Shown in pieces: positions 1-8,573 of a stretch of 13,369 nt of DNA. Origin of the DNA: a bacterium (GTDB lineage: Bacteria > Hinthialibacterota > Hinthialibacteria > Hinthialibacterales > Hinthialibacteraceae). A model generated the notes under the pieces. That model made no database searches. It worked only from the letters and a program-made list of their open reading frames with translations, and was not told the DNA's origin. Location: positions 1 through 13,369 of the forward strand of contig CAXXSM010000157.1 in the NCBI GenBank assembly GCA_963663405.2. Reading direction: 5' to 3'. Position 1 is the first letter of the stretch. Each line of letters opens with the position of its first letter. Made by a program: the position numbers and the translations under genes.

Positions 1-1454
1 TTTCCAATCCCCCATGCGGATCGCCCGGTTACCTTTGTGACACCACCATAGGGATTCGTGTTTGACGGCGCCATCTTTTTAAACGATTCGCAAATGCTCA
101 AGCCGGGTCTAGCGGGGCCGGATTGTTGTTTCGCTTGTTTATGTCCAACAAGATCGAATACCGTGGGGACGAAATCGATGAAATGAGTTGGATTGTGCCG
201 CAATTCTCCTTTGGCGGATATCTCCTTCGGCCAATGAACGATGAAGGGAGAAGAGATGCCGCCTTCGTGGTTCCAGTGCTTATGGAAGCGGAATGGGGTG
301 TTCGCGGCGGTCGACCAGCCTGGGCCTAGGCAGAGATAACTTTTTGCGGAACCCATCGGCGCTTCAGGATCGTGGCCATCTCCCCGGATGATCTGTTCAG
401 CGCTGGCTCCATTGTCGCTGGCGAAGAGAATCAAAGTGTTCTCGAAAGCGCCCATCTCTTTGAGCCGTTTGATGACACGGCCGATTTCGGCGTCCATGCG
501 GGTGATCATAGCGGCGTGGATCGTCATTTTCGTGGCTTGGAATTCTTTTTGTTCCTGGGTGAGTTGATCCCAGGCGATAGCGAAGGCGGCTTCACCCTTT
601 CCAATTTTTCCTTCAAGTTCTTCAGGTTTAAGATTCCAGCTGGGGACGACTTTGGATTCCCGCTCGGATAGTGACGCGTCAATAATCCCCATCTCCTTCA
701 TACGTTTCCAGCGGCGTTCGCGGATGACATCCCAGCCTTCCAAATACGCGTCACGGTATAAATCGATATCTTTCTTCATCGCATGCAGTGGGAAATGGGG
801 AGAATAGAAGGCCATGTATTGGAAGAATGGTTCCTCATTATGGTCTCTCTCGTGGAGTTTCAAACATTGAATGGCGTGATCGGCTATGGCGACTGTAGAA
901 TAATAGGATTCTCCAGGTTTGACGGGGGCGGTGAATTCATCTTCTTTCCATGGTTTGCTGTTGAAGAAACGGTCCCAATCGCATCCGCTTCGTTCCCCGC
1001 CCCAAGAACGGTCGAAACCTCCATCTTGTGGGGTTCCATCGATGTGCCATTTGCCGGAATGGTACGTTTTATATCCATAGGATTTCAGTATTTGTGGGAG
1101 AAGCGGCGCCCAGGAAGGCCGGTTCCCCATTTCAATTCCGGGCATATCGTCGCGGCGGATCTGTTGGGCGTAATAACCGGTCAGTATGCAGGCTCTTGAG
1201 GGCCAACATCGGCCGGTTGAGTAATGCTGTGTGAATCGGAGGCCGTTATCCGCCAATGAAGTGAGATTGGGGGTACGAACATCGCCGCCATAGCATTCGG
1301 CGTCGGAGTAGCCCATATCATCCGCCATGATGAGAAGGACATTTGGTTTATTTGAAGAGGCCGCCGCCGCGCTTTTTGTGATGATGTTTGGAATGGCGCT
1401 GAATCCGAGAGCGCCTGCGGTTGTTTGGATGAATTGGCGCCGTGTTGTCTGCAT
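1..1454 (-). CDS. Tat-exported Cys-type arylsulfatase (AtsA/AslA-like), 3' end beyond the window, apparent frameshift at 76-80
   Basis: Manual translation from ATG at 1454: MQTTRRQFIQTTAGALG (twin-arginine signal), NKPNVLLIMADDMGYSD, RCWPSRACILTG (CxPxR formylglycine motif, 1194-1208), YKTYHSGKWH, YSPHFPLHA, LFASDNGAS, NTPFRFHKHWNHEGGISSPFIVHWP. No stop before the window edge, hence absent from the ORF track. G-rich SD (GGGGGA) upstream. The typical C-terminal LWWCHKGNRAIRMGDWK appears only in a shifted frame after position 76. Confidence 0.92.
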   Translation of the reverse strand, partial: MQTTRRQFIQTTAGALGFSAIPNIITKSAAAASSNKPNVLLIMADDMGYSDAECYGGDVRTPNLTSLADNGLRFTQHYSTGRCWPSRACILTGYYAQQIRRDDMPGIEMGNRPSWAPLLPQILKSYGYKTYHSGKWHIDGTPQDGGFDRSWGGERSGCDWDRFFNSKPWKEDEFTAPVKPGESYYSTVAIADHAIQCLKLHERDHNEEPFFQYMAFYSPHFPLHAMKKDIDLYRDAYLEGWDVIRERRWKRMKEMGIIDASLSERESKVVPSWNLKPEELEGKIGKGEAAFAIAWDQLTQEQKEFQATKMTIHAAMITRMDAEIGRVIKRLKEMGAFENTLILFASDNGASAEQIIRGDGHDPEAPMGSAKSYLCLGPGWSTAANTPFRFHKHWNHEGGISSPFIVHWPKEISAKGELRHNPTHFIDFVPTVFDLVGHKQAKQQSGPARPGLSICESFKKMAPSNTNPYGGVTKVTGRSAWGIG

Positions 1455-1639
1455 CGTTTAATTCCCCCATTCATTTTGAATGATCTATTCGCCTTTACTA
1501 TTCTAAGGGTGAGATCATTGTAAACCAAATTTACCATTTTTGAAATGAGGATAGGTTTATCGCCACAATCACGTTTCTCTTTCTATATGATGGAAATTCT
1601 GATTGGAAAAAAGCCCAATTAATAGTGTGAATTTAAACC

Positions 1640-1683
1640 GAACAAAAATGTAAAATCGGATATTATGACTGAACAATTTTGTA
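1640..1683. promoter_or_regulatory. Tandem ACA-N4-TGT boxes, candidate upstream activator sequences for a sigma54 enhancer-binding protein
   Basis: GAACAAAAATGTA (1640-1652) and GAACAATTTTGTA (1671-1683), 31 bp apart (about 3 helical turns), about 270-310 bp upstream of the -24 element. Function is inferred. Confidence 0.45.
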
Positions 1684-1768
1684 TATTCATTTGTATGTGT
1701 AATGAAAGCAGATGGTTACAGCTTGTTAATAACTGATTTCTTCTTATCGTTTCCACAAATATTACATA

Positions 1769-1786
1769 AATATCAGATCGGATATT
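1769..1786. promoter_or_regulatory. 18-bp near-perfect palindrome, candidate transcription factor operator
   Basis: AATATCAGATCGGATATT has one mismatched pair; a 15/18 copy AATGTAAAATCGGATATT lies at 1647-1664. Confidence 0.4.
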
Positions 1787-1946
1787 CTAAATAATACTAA
1801 CAAATAGTCATGTTTTTATGATGTTATGATTAATCTTTCCCGCTTGATTATATCGATTCACATCCACTAAGTCTCTTGTAGATAAATAGTTAAGAGAGAT
1901 CGATTCGAATGAATGAAGTTGAACCTCTTTCCAGTTTCTATCCATT

Positions 1947-1962
1947 TGGCATAGCAATCGCA
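1947..1962 (+). promoter_or_regulatory. sigma54 (RpoN) -24/-12 promoter of the nif operon
   Basis: TGGCATAGCAATCGCA versus consensus TGGCAC-N5-TTGCW; invariant GG (1948-1949) and GC (1960-1961) are at exact spacing. Predicted start near 1973, about 54 nt before the nifH ATG. Confidence 0.75.
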
Positions 1963-1996
1963 ATGGAAGGAGGGAAATGATTCGTTATTAGTATGA

Positions 1997-2855
<859 letters not shown>

Positions 2856-2870
2856 TAAATATAATTTCGC

Positions 2871-2939
2871 TTACTTGTAATTGCAGTATCAGCAAGGGCT
2901 CTATGATATTTTGCCCTTTGCAATCCCGATTATTTGTAA
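2871..2939 (+). other. Imperfect stem-loop in the nifH-nifI1 spacer
   Basis: GCAAGGGC (2892-2899) pairs with GCCCTTTGC (2913-2921, one bulge); ATTGCA (2880-2885) can pair with TGCAAT (2919-2924); no U-tract follows. Confidence 0.35.
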
Positions 2940-2958
2940 AGAAAAGAGGTATTGAACG

Positions 2959-3324
2959 ATGATAATGGTTCGAGCAATTGTTCGACTCGAAAAAGTGGAT
3001 GAAGTGATGGCCGCGCTGTTATACGCCGGTTTTCCCGCCGTAACCAAAATGGATGTATTTGGCCGGGGGAAGCAGCGGGGCATGAAAGTTGGAGATATCA
3101 CTTATGATGAACTGCCAAAGGAAATGTTATTGATCTGCATACCCGATGAAGACAAGGATTTTGTTGTTGAGACAATCATTAAAGCGGCCCGAACAGGAAG
3201 CAAAGGCGCGTTTGGAGATGGAAAAATATTCATTACGCCTGTAGATGAAGTGTATACAGTCAGCACTGGCGAAAAAGAAGAATCCCCATCTGTATCCATC
3301 GCTGAAACGGCCGCCGCTTCATAA
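2959..3324 (+). CDS. nifI1: PII-family nitrogenase regulatory protein NifI1
   Basis: PII motifs (AIVR, GRGKQRG, YDELPK, ARTGSKGAFGDGKIF); short T-loop; first of two PII genes between nifH and nifD; SD GAGG 2946-2949. Confidence 0.93.
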   Translation: MIMVRAIVRLEKVDEVMAALLYAGFPAVTKMDVFGRGKQRGMKVGDITYDELPKEMLLICIPDEDKDFVVETIIKAARTGSKGAFGDGKIFITPVDEVYTVSTGEKEESPSVSIAETAAAS

Positions 3325-3420
3325 TCAAAACGCTCCATTCTAACCGGAAGTATAATTTGATTCTCTTCCTAATAGCGAAGAGGATAGAGGATGATTTTAT
3401 CAAAAATCAGGTACAAAAAA

Positions 3421-3798
3421 ATGAAGGAAATACTCGCTATTATCCGCATGAATAAAATGAATGAAACGAAACGGGCGCTGGCTGATAACGGCATCTCTTC
3501 GATCACCGCCAGAAAAGTGATGGGCCGGGGACAAGGAAAAGTGGATTACCTATTGCTAAAAGGCGCGGAAGAGGGCTATGAAGAGGCGATTACGCAATTG
3601 GCTCCCGGTCCGAAAATGATTCCCAAACGGGGATTAACCGTCGTTGTGCCCGATCAAAATGTAGAGAAAGTTGTGAAAACGATCATTGACGTCAACCAAA
3701 CCGGCAATCCAGGAGATGGCAAGATTTTTGTTTTGCCTGTGCTGGACGCGATTCGCGTCCGGACAGGTGAACGTGGCGACGCCGTAGTAGAAGGTTGA
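3421..3798 (+). CDS. nifI2: PII-family nitrogenase regulatory protein NifI2 (alternative start at 3391)
   Basis: MKEILAIIRMNKMNETKRAL, GRGQG plus long T-loop, NQTGNPGDGKIFVLPV, IRVRTGE. The family-typical MKE start is at 3421; ATG 3391 also has a plausible SD. Confidence 0.92.
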   Translation: MKEILAIIRMNKMNETKRALADNGISSITARKVMGRGQGKVDYLLLKGAEEGYEEAITQLAPGPKMIPKRGLTVVVPDQNVEKVVKTIIDVNQTGNPGDGKIFVLPVLDAIRVRTGERGDAVVEG

Positions 3799-3821
3799 TC
3801 TGGTCTGAAAGAGAGATTCCA

Positions 3822-5447
3822 ATGTCAAATAGTAAAGAAAAAGATCCCCGTGCAGTGAAAGACAAACTGTTGAAGGTCTATCCAGCCAAGGTTGCGCGGA
3901 AACGGGCCAAACAAATTGTGGTCAATGATCCTGAACAGAAACCGGAAATCAACGCGAACGTACGAACTATTCCGGGTATCATCACGCAGCGCGGTTGCAC
4001 GTACGCCGGCTGCAAAGGCGTTGTGTTAGGCCCGACGCGTGACATTGTCAACATAACGCATGGTCCCATCGGGTGTGGTTTCTATTCCTGGTTGACCCGC
4101 CGCAATCAAACTCGTCCGAAATCGGATGAAGATCATAATTTTATGACGTACTGTTTTTCGACCGATATGCAGGATGAAGAGATTATTTTCGGTGGTGAAA
4201 AGAAACTCATGGCCGCCATCCAGGAAGCGTACGATATTTTTAAACCCAAATCGATCGCTGTCTTTTCAACATGTCCCGTGGGATTGATTGGTGATGACGT
4301 GCATTCCGTCACCCGGCAGATGAAGGAGAAACTGGGAATTAATGTATTCGCATTCAGCTGTGAAGGATATAAAGGCGTCAGCCAGTCCGCCGGTCACCAC
4401 ATCGCGAACAATCAGTTGTTTAAACATGTGATTGGTCTCGATGACACAATTCATCCGGAGAAATTCAAAATCAACTTGTTGGGTGAATACAATATCGGCG
4501 GCGACGCGTTTGTGATCGATGATCTGTTGAAACGCTGTGGGATCACCTTGCAGGCGACATTCAGCGGTAATTCAACAATCGACGCGTTTCAGAACGCGCA
4601 TACCAGTGACTTGAACTGCGTGATGTGTCACCGGTCGATCAACTATGTCGCGGACATGATCGAGAAAAAATACGGCGTGCCCTGGATCAAGGTGAACTTT
4701 ATCGGCGCGGAAGCGACAGCGAAATCACTGCGGAAGATCGCCGAGTATTTTGAAGACAAAGAGCTGATGGACCAAGTCGAACGGGTGATCAGCGAAGAGA
4801 TGGAAGCCGTCCTCTCAGCGCGCAAGGAAATTCTACCCCGGTGTGAAGGAAAGCGGGCCATGTTGTTCGTCGGTGGTTCGCGCGCCCATCACTACCAAGA
4901 GTTATTCAGCGAGATCGGGATGACCACCATCGCGGCGGGTTATGAATTCGCGCACCGGGATGATTATGAAGGGCGCGAAGTGCTGCCCAATATCAAGATC
5001 GACGCGGACAGCCGCAACATTGAAGAACTGGACGTGCATCCGGATGAAACCCGCTACAATCCGCGGAAAACCGAAGCAGAGATGAAACGGTTCGAGGAAC
5101 GCGGGTACGCCTTTAAGGAATACGACGGCATGATGCCCGAAATGCCGAAAGAGACATTGGTGATCGATGATATCAGTCATTATGAGACGGAAGAGATGAT
5201 CAAAATGTTCAAGCCGGCGATCTTCTGCGCGGGGATTAAAGAGAAATACGCCGTGCAGAAAATGGGCGTTCCCTGCAAGCAACTGCATAGTTACGACTAT
5301 GGTGGACCGTTTGCGGGATTTAAAGGCGCGATCAACTTTTATAAAGAAATCGACCGGATGGTGAATTCGAAGATCTGGTCCTACATCCAGGCTCCGTGGG
5401 ATAAAGCTGTCGAACCCACCATAGAAGCCGAATACGTATTTGAATAA
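3822..5447 (+). CDS. nifD: Nitrogenase MoFe protein alpha chain NifD (Group II), 541 aa
   Basis: P-cluster Cys in RGCTYAGC, HGPIGC, STCPVG; SQSAGHH; FeMo-co ligands in MCHRS and QLHSYDY; GGSRAHH; GYEFAH; roughly 50-aa Group II insertion (EVLPNIKIDADSRNIEEL...). ATG 3822 with GAGAG upstream is preferred over TTG 3795. Confidence 0.98.
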   Translation: MSNSKEKDPRAVKDKLLKVYPAKVARKRAKQIVVNDPEQKPEINANVRTIPGIITQRGCTYAGCKGVVLGPTRDIVNITHGPIGCGFYSWLTRRNQTRPKSDEDHNFMTYCFSTDMQDEEIIFGGEKKLMAAIQEAYDIFKPKSIAVFSTCPVGLIGDDVHSVTRQMKEKLGINVFAFSCEGYKGVSQSAGHHIANNQLFKHVIGLDDTIHPEKFKINLLGEYNIGGDAFVIDDLLKRCGITLQATFSGNSTIDAFQNAHTSDLNCVMCHRSINYVADMIEKKYGVPWIKVNFIGAEATAKSLRKIAEYFEDKELMDQVERVISEEMEAVLSARKEILPRCEGKRAMLFVGGSRAHHYQELFSEIGMTTIAAGYEFAHRDDYEGREVLPNIKIDADSRNIEELDVHPDETRYNPRKTEAEMKRFEERGYAFKEYDGMMPEMPKETLVIDDISHYETEEMIKMFKPAIFCAGIKEKYAVQKMGVPCKQLHSYDYGGPFAGFKGAINFYKEIDRMVNSKIWSYIQAPWDKAVEPTIEAEYVFE

Positions 5448-5471
5448 GTCAGTCGAGTAAGGAGAATTCCC

Positions 5472-6887
5472 ATGCTTTTACGGCACACACCCAAAGAGAT
5501 TGCGGAACGCAAAGCGCTTACGGTGAATCCAGCGAAGACGTGTCAACCCATCGGCGCCATGTACGCCGCTTTGGGCGTCCACTGCTGCCTTCCGCACAGT
5601 CACGGTTCACAAGGCTGCTGCGCGTATCACCGCAGTGCGCTCACCCGTCATTACAAAGAGCCGATCATGAGTGGAACGAGCTCATTTACGGAGGGTTCCT
5701 CTGTATTCGGTGGGCAAGCGAACCTTTTGCAGGCGATTAATAATATTTTTTCGATTTACAATCCGGATATCATCGCGGTGCACACCACCTGTCTCTCGGA
5801 AACAATCGGTGATGATATTCCACAAATTGTGAACAAAGCCCAGACGGATGGCAAGATCCCCGAAGGGAAATATGTGATCCACGCGAATACACCAAGTTAT
5901 GTCGGTTCCCATATCACGGGATTCGCCAATATGGTGAAAAGTTTGGTGAATTACTTTTCGGAACCCGATCCAGCGAGAATGAATCCCTCTGGAAACGGTA
6001 ACGGTAAAAAAAGAAAGCGAATCAACGTCATCCCCGGTTGGGTTGAACCCAGTGATATGAGAGAAATCAAACGCTTGGTTTCAAAAATGGGGATCAAGTA
6101 CACAATGTTTCCCGATACGTCCAATGTTCTAGACGCGCCACAAACCGGTACTCATGAATTTTATCCGAAAGGTGGCGTTACAATTGAGGAATTGAAAAAA
6201 ACGGGCCGGAATTTAGCGACGGTCGCGCTTGGTCCCACCGCTTCCGCGCCGGCGGCGCGAGAACTTGATGTGAAATGTCAGGTTCCTTGCGAGATTCTCG
6301 CCTTGCCGATTGGACTGCGGGCGACAGACCGGTTTATTGATACGATCCGGCGAATTGGCAAAGTGAATGTGCCTGAATCGATCACGGAGGAGAGAGGCCG
6401 GTTGGTGGATATGATCATCGACATGGCGCAGTACTTTCATGGTAAACGAGTCGCGCTGTGGGGCGATCCCGATCAGTTGGTTTCACTGACGGAATTTCTC
6501 GTCGATTTGGACATGAAACCAGTGTATATCGTTACAGGCACGCCGGGCAAGAAATTCGAAAAGCGAATTGAGAGAGTCCTTGGCGGCTCGGTTCCGGAAG
6601 CGAAAGTAAAACAAGGTCAAACCGCGGATATGTTTTTAATGCACCAATGGATTAAGAACGAGCCGGTGGATCTTCTGATTGGCAACACGTATGGAAAATA
6701 CATCGCCCGTGATGATGACATTCCCTTTGTCCGGCATGGATTTCCGATTCTCGACCGGGTAGGACATTCGTATTTTCCAACGGTGGGTTACCGGGGCGCC
6801 ATGCGTCTTATCGAGATGATGCTCAGTGTCTTGATGGACCGGCAGGACCGGGACGCGCCCGAAGAGAGTTTCGAACTCGTCATGTAG
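5472..6887 (+). CDS. nifK: Nitrogenase MoFe protein beta chain NifK (short N-terminus, Group II)
   Basis: VNPAKTCQPIGA, HGSQGCC, TTCLSETIGDD, NTPSYVGSH, GFPILDR; SD AAGGAG directly upstream; follows nifD. Confidence 0.98.
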   Translation: MLLRHTPKEIAERKALTVNPAKTCQPIGAMYAALGVHCCLPHSHGSQGCCAYHRSALTRHYKEPIMSGTSSFTEGSSVFGGQANLLQAINNIFSIYNPDIIAVHTTCLSETIGDDIPQIVNKAQTDGKIPEGKYVIHANTPSYVGSHITGFANMVKSLVNYFSEPDPARMNPSGNGNGKKRKRINVIPGWVEPSDMREIKRLVSKMGIKYTMFPDTSNVLDAPQTGTHEFYPKGGVTIEELKKTGRNLATVALGPTASAPAARELDVKCQVPCEILALPIGLRATDRFIDTIRRIGKVNVPESITEERGRLVDMIIDMAQYFHGKRVALWGDPDQLVSLTEFLVDLDMKPVYIVTGTPGKKFEKRIERVLGGSVPEAKVKQGQTADMFLMHQWIKNEPVDLLIGNTYGKYIARDDDIPFVRHGFPILDRVGHSYFPTVGYRGAMRLIEMMLSVLMDRQDRDAPEESFELVM

Positions 6888-6966
6888 TCCCCTCAACAAC
6901 TTGGATATCCCGGAAGGGAAAAGCAACAGTGGGAAGGCGGTGATTTGGCGCCGCGTGGGGGGACTA
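6885..6966 (+). other. Branched RNA secondary structure in the nifK-nifE spacer
   Basis: Closing stem TAGTCCCCTCA (6885-6895) / TGGGGGGACTA (6956-6966) encloses TCCC-GGAA-GGGA (6908-6919, GNRA loop) and GCGGTG / CGCCGC (6937-6954). Confidence 0.5.
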
Positions 6967-6998
6967 TTGTAAAAAAATCGGGCGGAAGGAGAACAACA

Positions 6999-8390
6999 AT
7001 GGTGGAAATATTAAGAGACCGGAAACCGCAGATTTACAAAAAAGGCTCTGAGCCGTTCCAAATGGATTGTGGAAAAGCAAGCCTGGCGGGTTCAGTCAGC
7101 CAACGGGCGTGTGTGTTTTGCGGCTCTCGTGTGGTTCTCTATCCAATCGCCGACGCGCTTCATTTGATTCATGGACCGATTGGCTGCGCGGCGTATACGT
7201 GGGATATCCGCGGCGCGATTTCTTCCGGACCGCAGCTGCACCGATTGAGTTTTTCGACGGATCTGCGGGAGAAGGACGTGATCTATGGCGGGGAAAAGAA
7301 ATTGGAGAAGGCCCTGCTTGAATTGATCGCGGAATACAAACCGAAAGCCGCTTTTATCTATTCAACCTGCATTGTAGGACTTATTGGAGATGATGTCGAA
7401 CGGATTTGTAAATCCGTGGCGGGTCAGACTGGGATTCCCGTACTGCCCGTGCATTCAGAAGGATTCAAGGGAACCAAGAAAGATGGATATTACGCCGCTT
7501 GCTCCGCGTTATTCAAACTGGTTGGTTCAGGTCCGATCGCGGATATCTCTCCGCACAGCATCAACATTATCGGTGATTTCAACCTGGCCGGTGAGACATG
7601 GATCATTCGAGACTATTACAAACGTATGGGAGTGGATGTAGTCGCGACGATGACCGGTGATGGAAGAATTGATGATGTCCGGCGTTCGCATGGCGCGGCG
7701 TTGAATGTTGTGCAGTGTTCCGGATCGATGATTCATCTCGCCAAGATGATGAAGGAGAAATACGGCATTCCCTATATCCGTGTCTCCTATTTCGGCATCG
7801 AAGATATGTCCAAAGCGTTGTACGACGTTGCGTCATTCTTCAAAGACAATGAAATCATGGAACAAACCCAGAATCTTGTGCGGGAAGAAATCACTCGAAT
7901 TATGCCCCAACTGCGGCGGTATAAACAAGCGCTCAAAGGCAAAAAAGCGGCGATCTACTGCGGGGGCGCGTTTAAAACATTTTCACTCGTGCGTTCACTG
8001 CGCACATTGGGAGTGAAAACCGTCATTGCCGGTTCACAGACAGGCAATCAAGAGGATTACGAATTGCTGCGTGAGTTGTGTGATGAAGGAACCATTCTTG
8101 TGGATGACACCAATCCATTGGAACTCGCAAAGTTTGTCCACGAAACGGAAGCGGACATGCTGATCGGTGGCGTGAAAGAACGGCCAATCGCATTTAAGTT
8201 GGGTTTGGGTTTCTGCGATCACAATCACGAGCGAAAAGAAGCGCTGGCTGGATTTGACGGTATGGTCAATTTTGCGCGGGAAGTCTATTCATCCGTGATG
8301 AGCCCAGTTTGGAAATTGAGAAAAAACAGTCAATTTTTTGATCAACGAACAGACTCAAGTTTTGAACGCAGTGCATGTGTTTCCGCTTAA
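6999..8390 (+). CDS. nifE: FeMo-cofactor scaffold subunit NifE, 463 aa
   Basis: AGSVSQRACVFCGSRVVL, HGPIGCAAYTWDIRG, STCIVG, VQCSGS, CDHNHERK. ATG 6999 has SD AAGGAG (6986-6991) and is preferred over TTG 6945. Confidence 0.96.
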   Translation: MVEILRDRKPQIYKKGSEPFQMDCGKASLAGSVSQRACVFCGSRVVLYPIADALHLIHGPIGCAAYTWDIRGAISSGPQLHRLSFSTDLREKDVIYGGEKKLEKALLELIAEYKPKAAFIYSTCIVGLIGDDVERICKSVAGQTGIPVLPVHSEGFKGTKKDGYYAACSALFKLVGSGPIADISPHSINIIGDFNLAGETWIIRDYYKRMGVDVVATMTGDGRIDDVRRSHGAALNVVQCSGSMIHLAKMMKEKYGIPYIRVSYFGIEDMSKALYDVASFFKDNEIMEQTQNLVREEITRIMPQLRRYKQALKGKKAAIYCGGAFKTFSLVRSLRTLGVKTVIAGSQTGNQEDYELLRELCDEGTILVDDTNPLELAKFVHETEADMLIGGVKERPIAFKLGLGFCDHNHERKEALAGFDGMVNFAREVYSSVMSPVWKLRKNSQFFDQRTDSSFERSACVSA

Positions 8391-8469
8391 TTAAAAGAAA
8401 AAAGTCAGAGATTTTTGGATAATAAGTGAACAGCGCTTATCCATTAGAGATGGCAAAGTTGTGAGAAAC

Positions 8470-8547
8470 GCCCAACCTTAAAAGGCAGGGCTACTAGATA
8501 ATGTCCCTATGGGACAAAAGACAATAGCCCAGGATTTCAATCCTGGG
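8470..8547. repeat. REP-like composite palindromic element (three hairpins)
   Basis: GCCCAACCTTAAAAGGCAGGGC-TAC (8470-8494; reads GTAG-CCC... on the - strand), TGTCCC-TAT-GGGACA (8502-8516), ATAG-CCCAGGATT-TC-AATCCTGGG (8524-8547). Confidence 0.6.
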
Positions 8548-8573
8548 AATCGAAGCAAATAACAAGGCGCATT

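Noticed and set aside
123-1234. + strand ORFs 123..329, 372..671, 783..1199 and 1028..1234
   Set aside because: Antisense shadows of the arylsulfatase; no recognisable motifs.
884-1537. - strand ORFs 884..1078 and 1181..1537
   Set aside because: Off-frame readings overlapping the true sulfatase frame that starts at 1454.
1846-1860. TTATATCGAT as a ModE box
   Set aside because: Resembles only one half-site; no matching upstream half at the expected spacing.
1967-1991. Mini-ORF MIRY* (1977-1991) with AAGGAGG upstream as a leader peptide
   Set aside because: SD-ATG spacing is only 3 nt and the SD lies mostly upstream of the predicted sigma54 start site.
3822-6887. Alternative V- or Fe-only nitrogenase
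   Set aside because: No vnfG/anfG in the 24-bp D-K gap; Group II insertion, nifEN and modABC are present.
8391-8573. CRISPR array, tRNA or intrinsic terminator in the nifE-nifN spacer
   Set aside because: No repeated unit with spacers, no cloverleaf, and no U-tract after the hairpins on the + strand.
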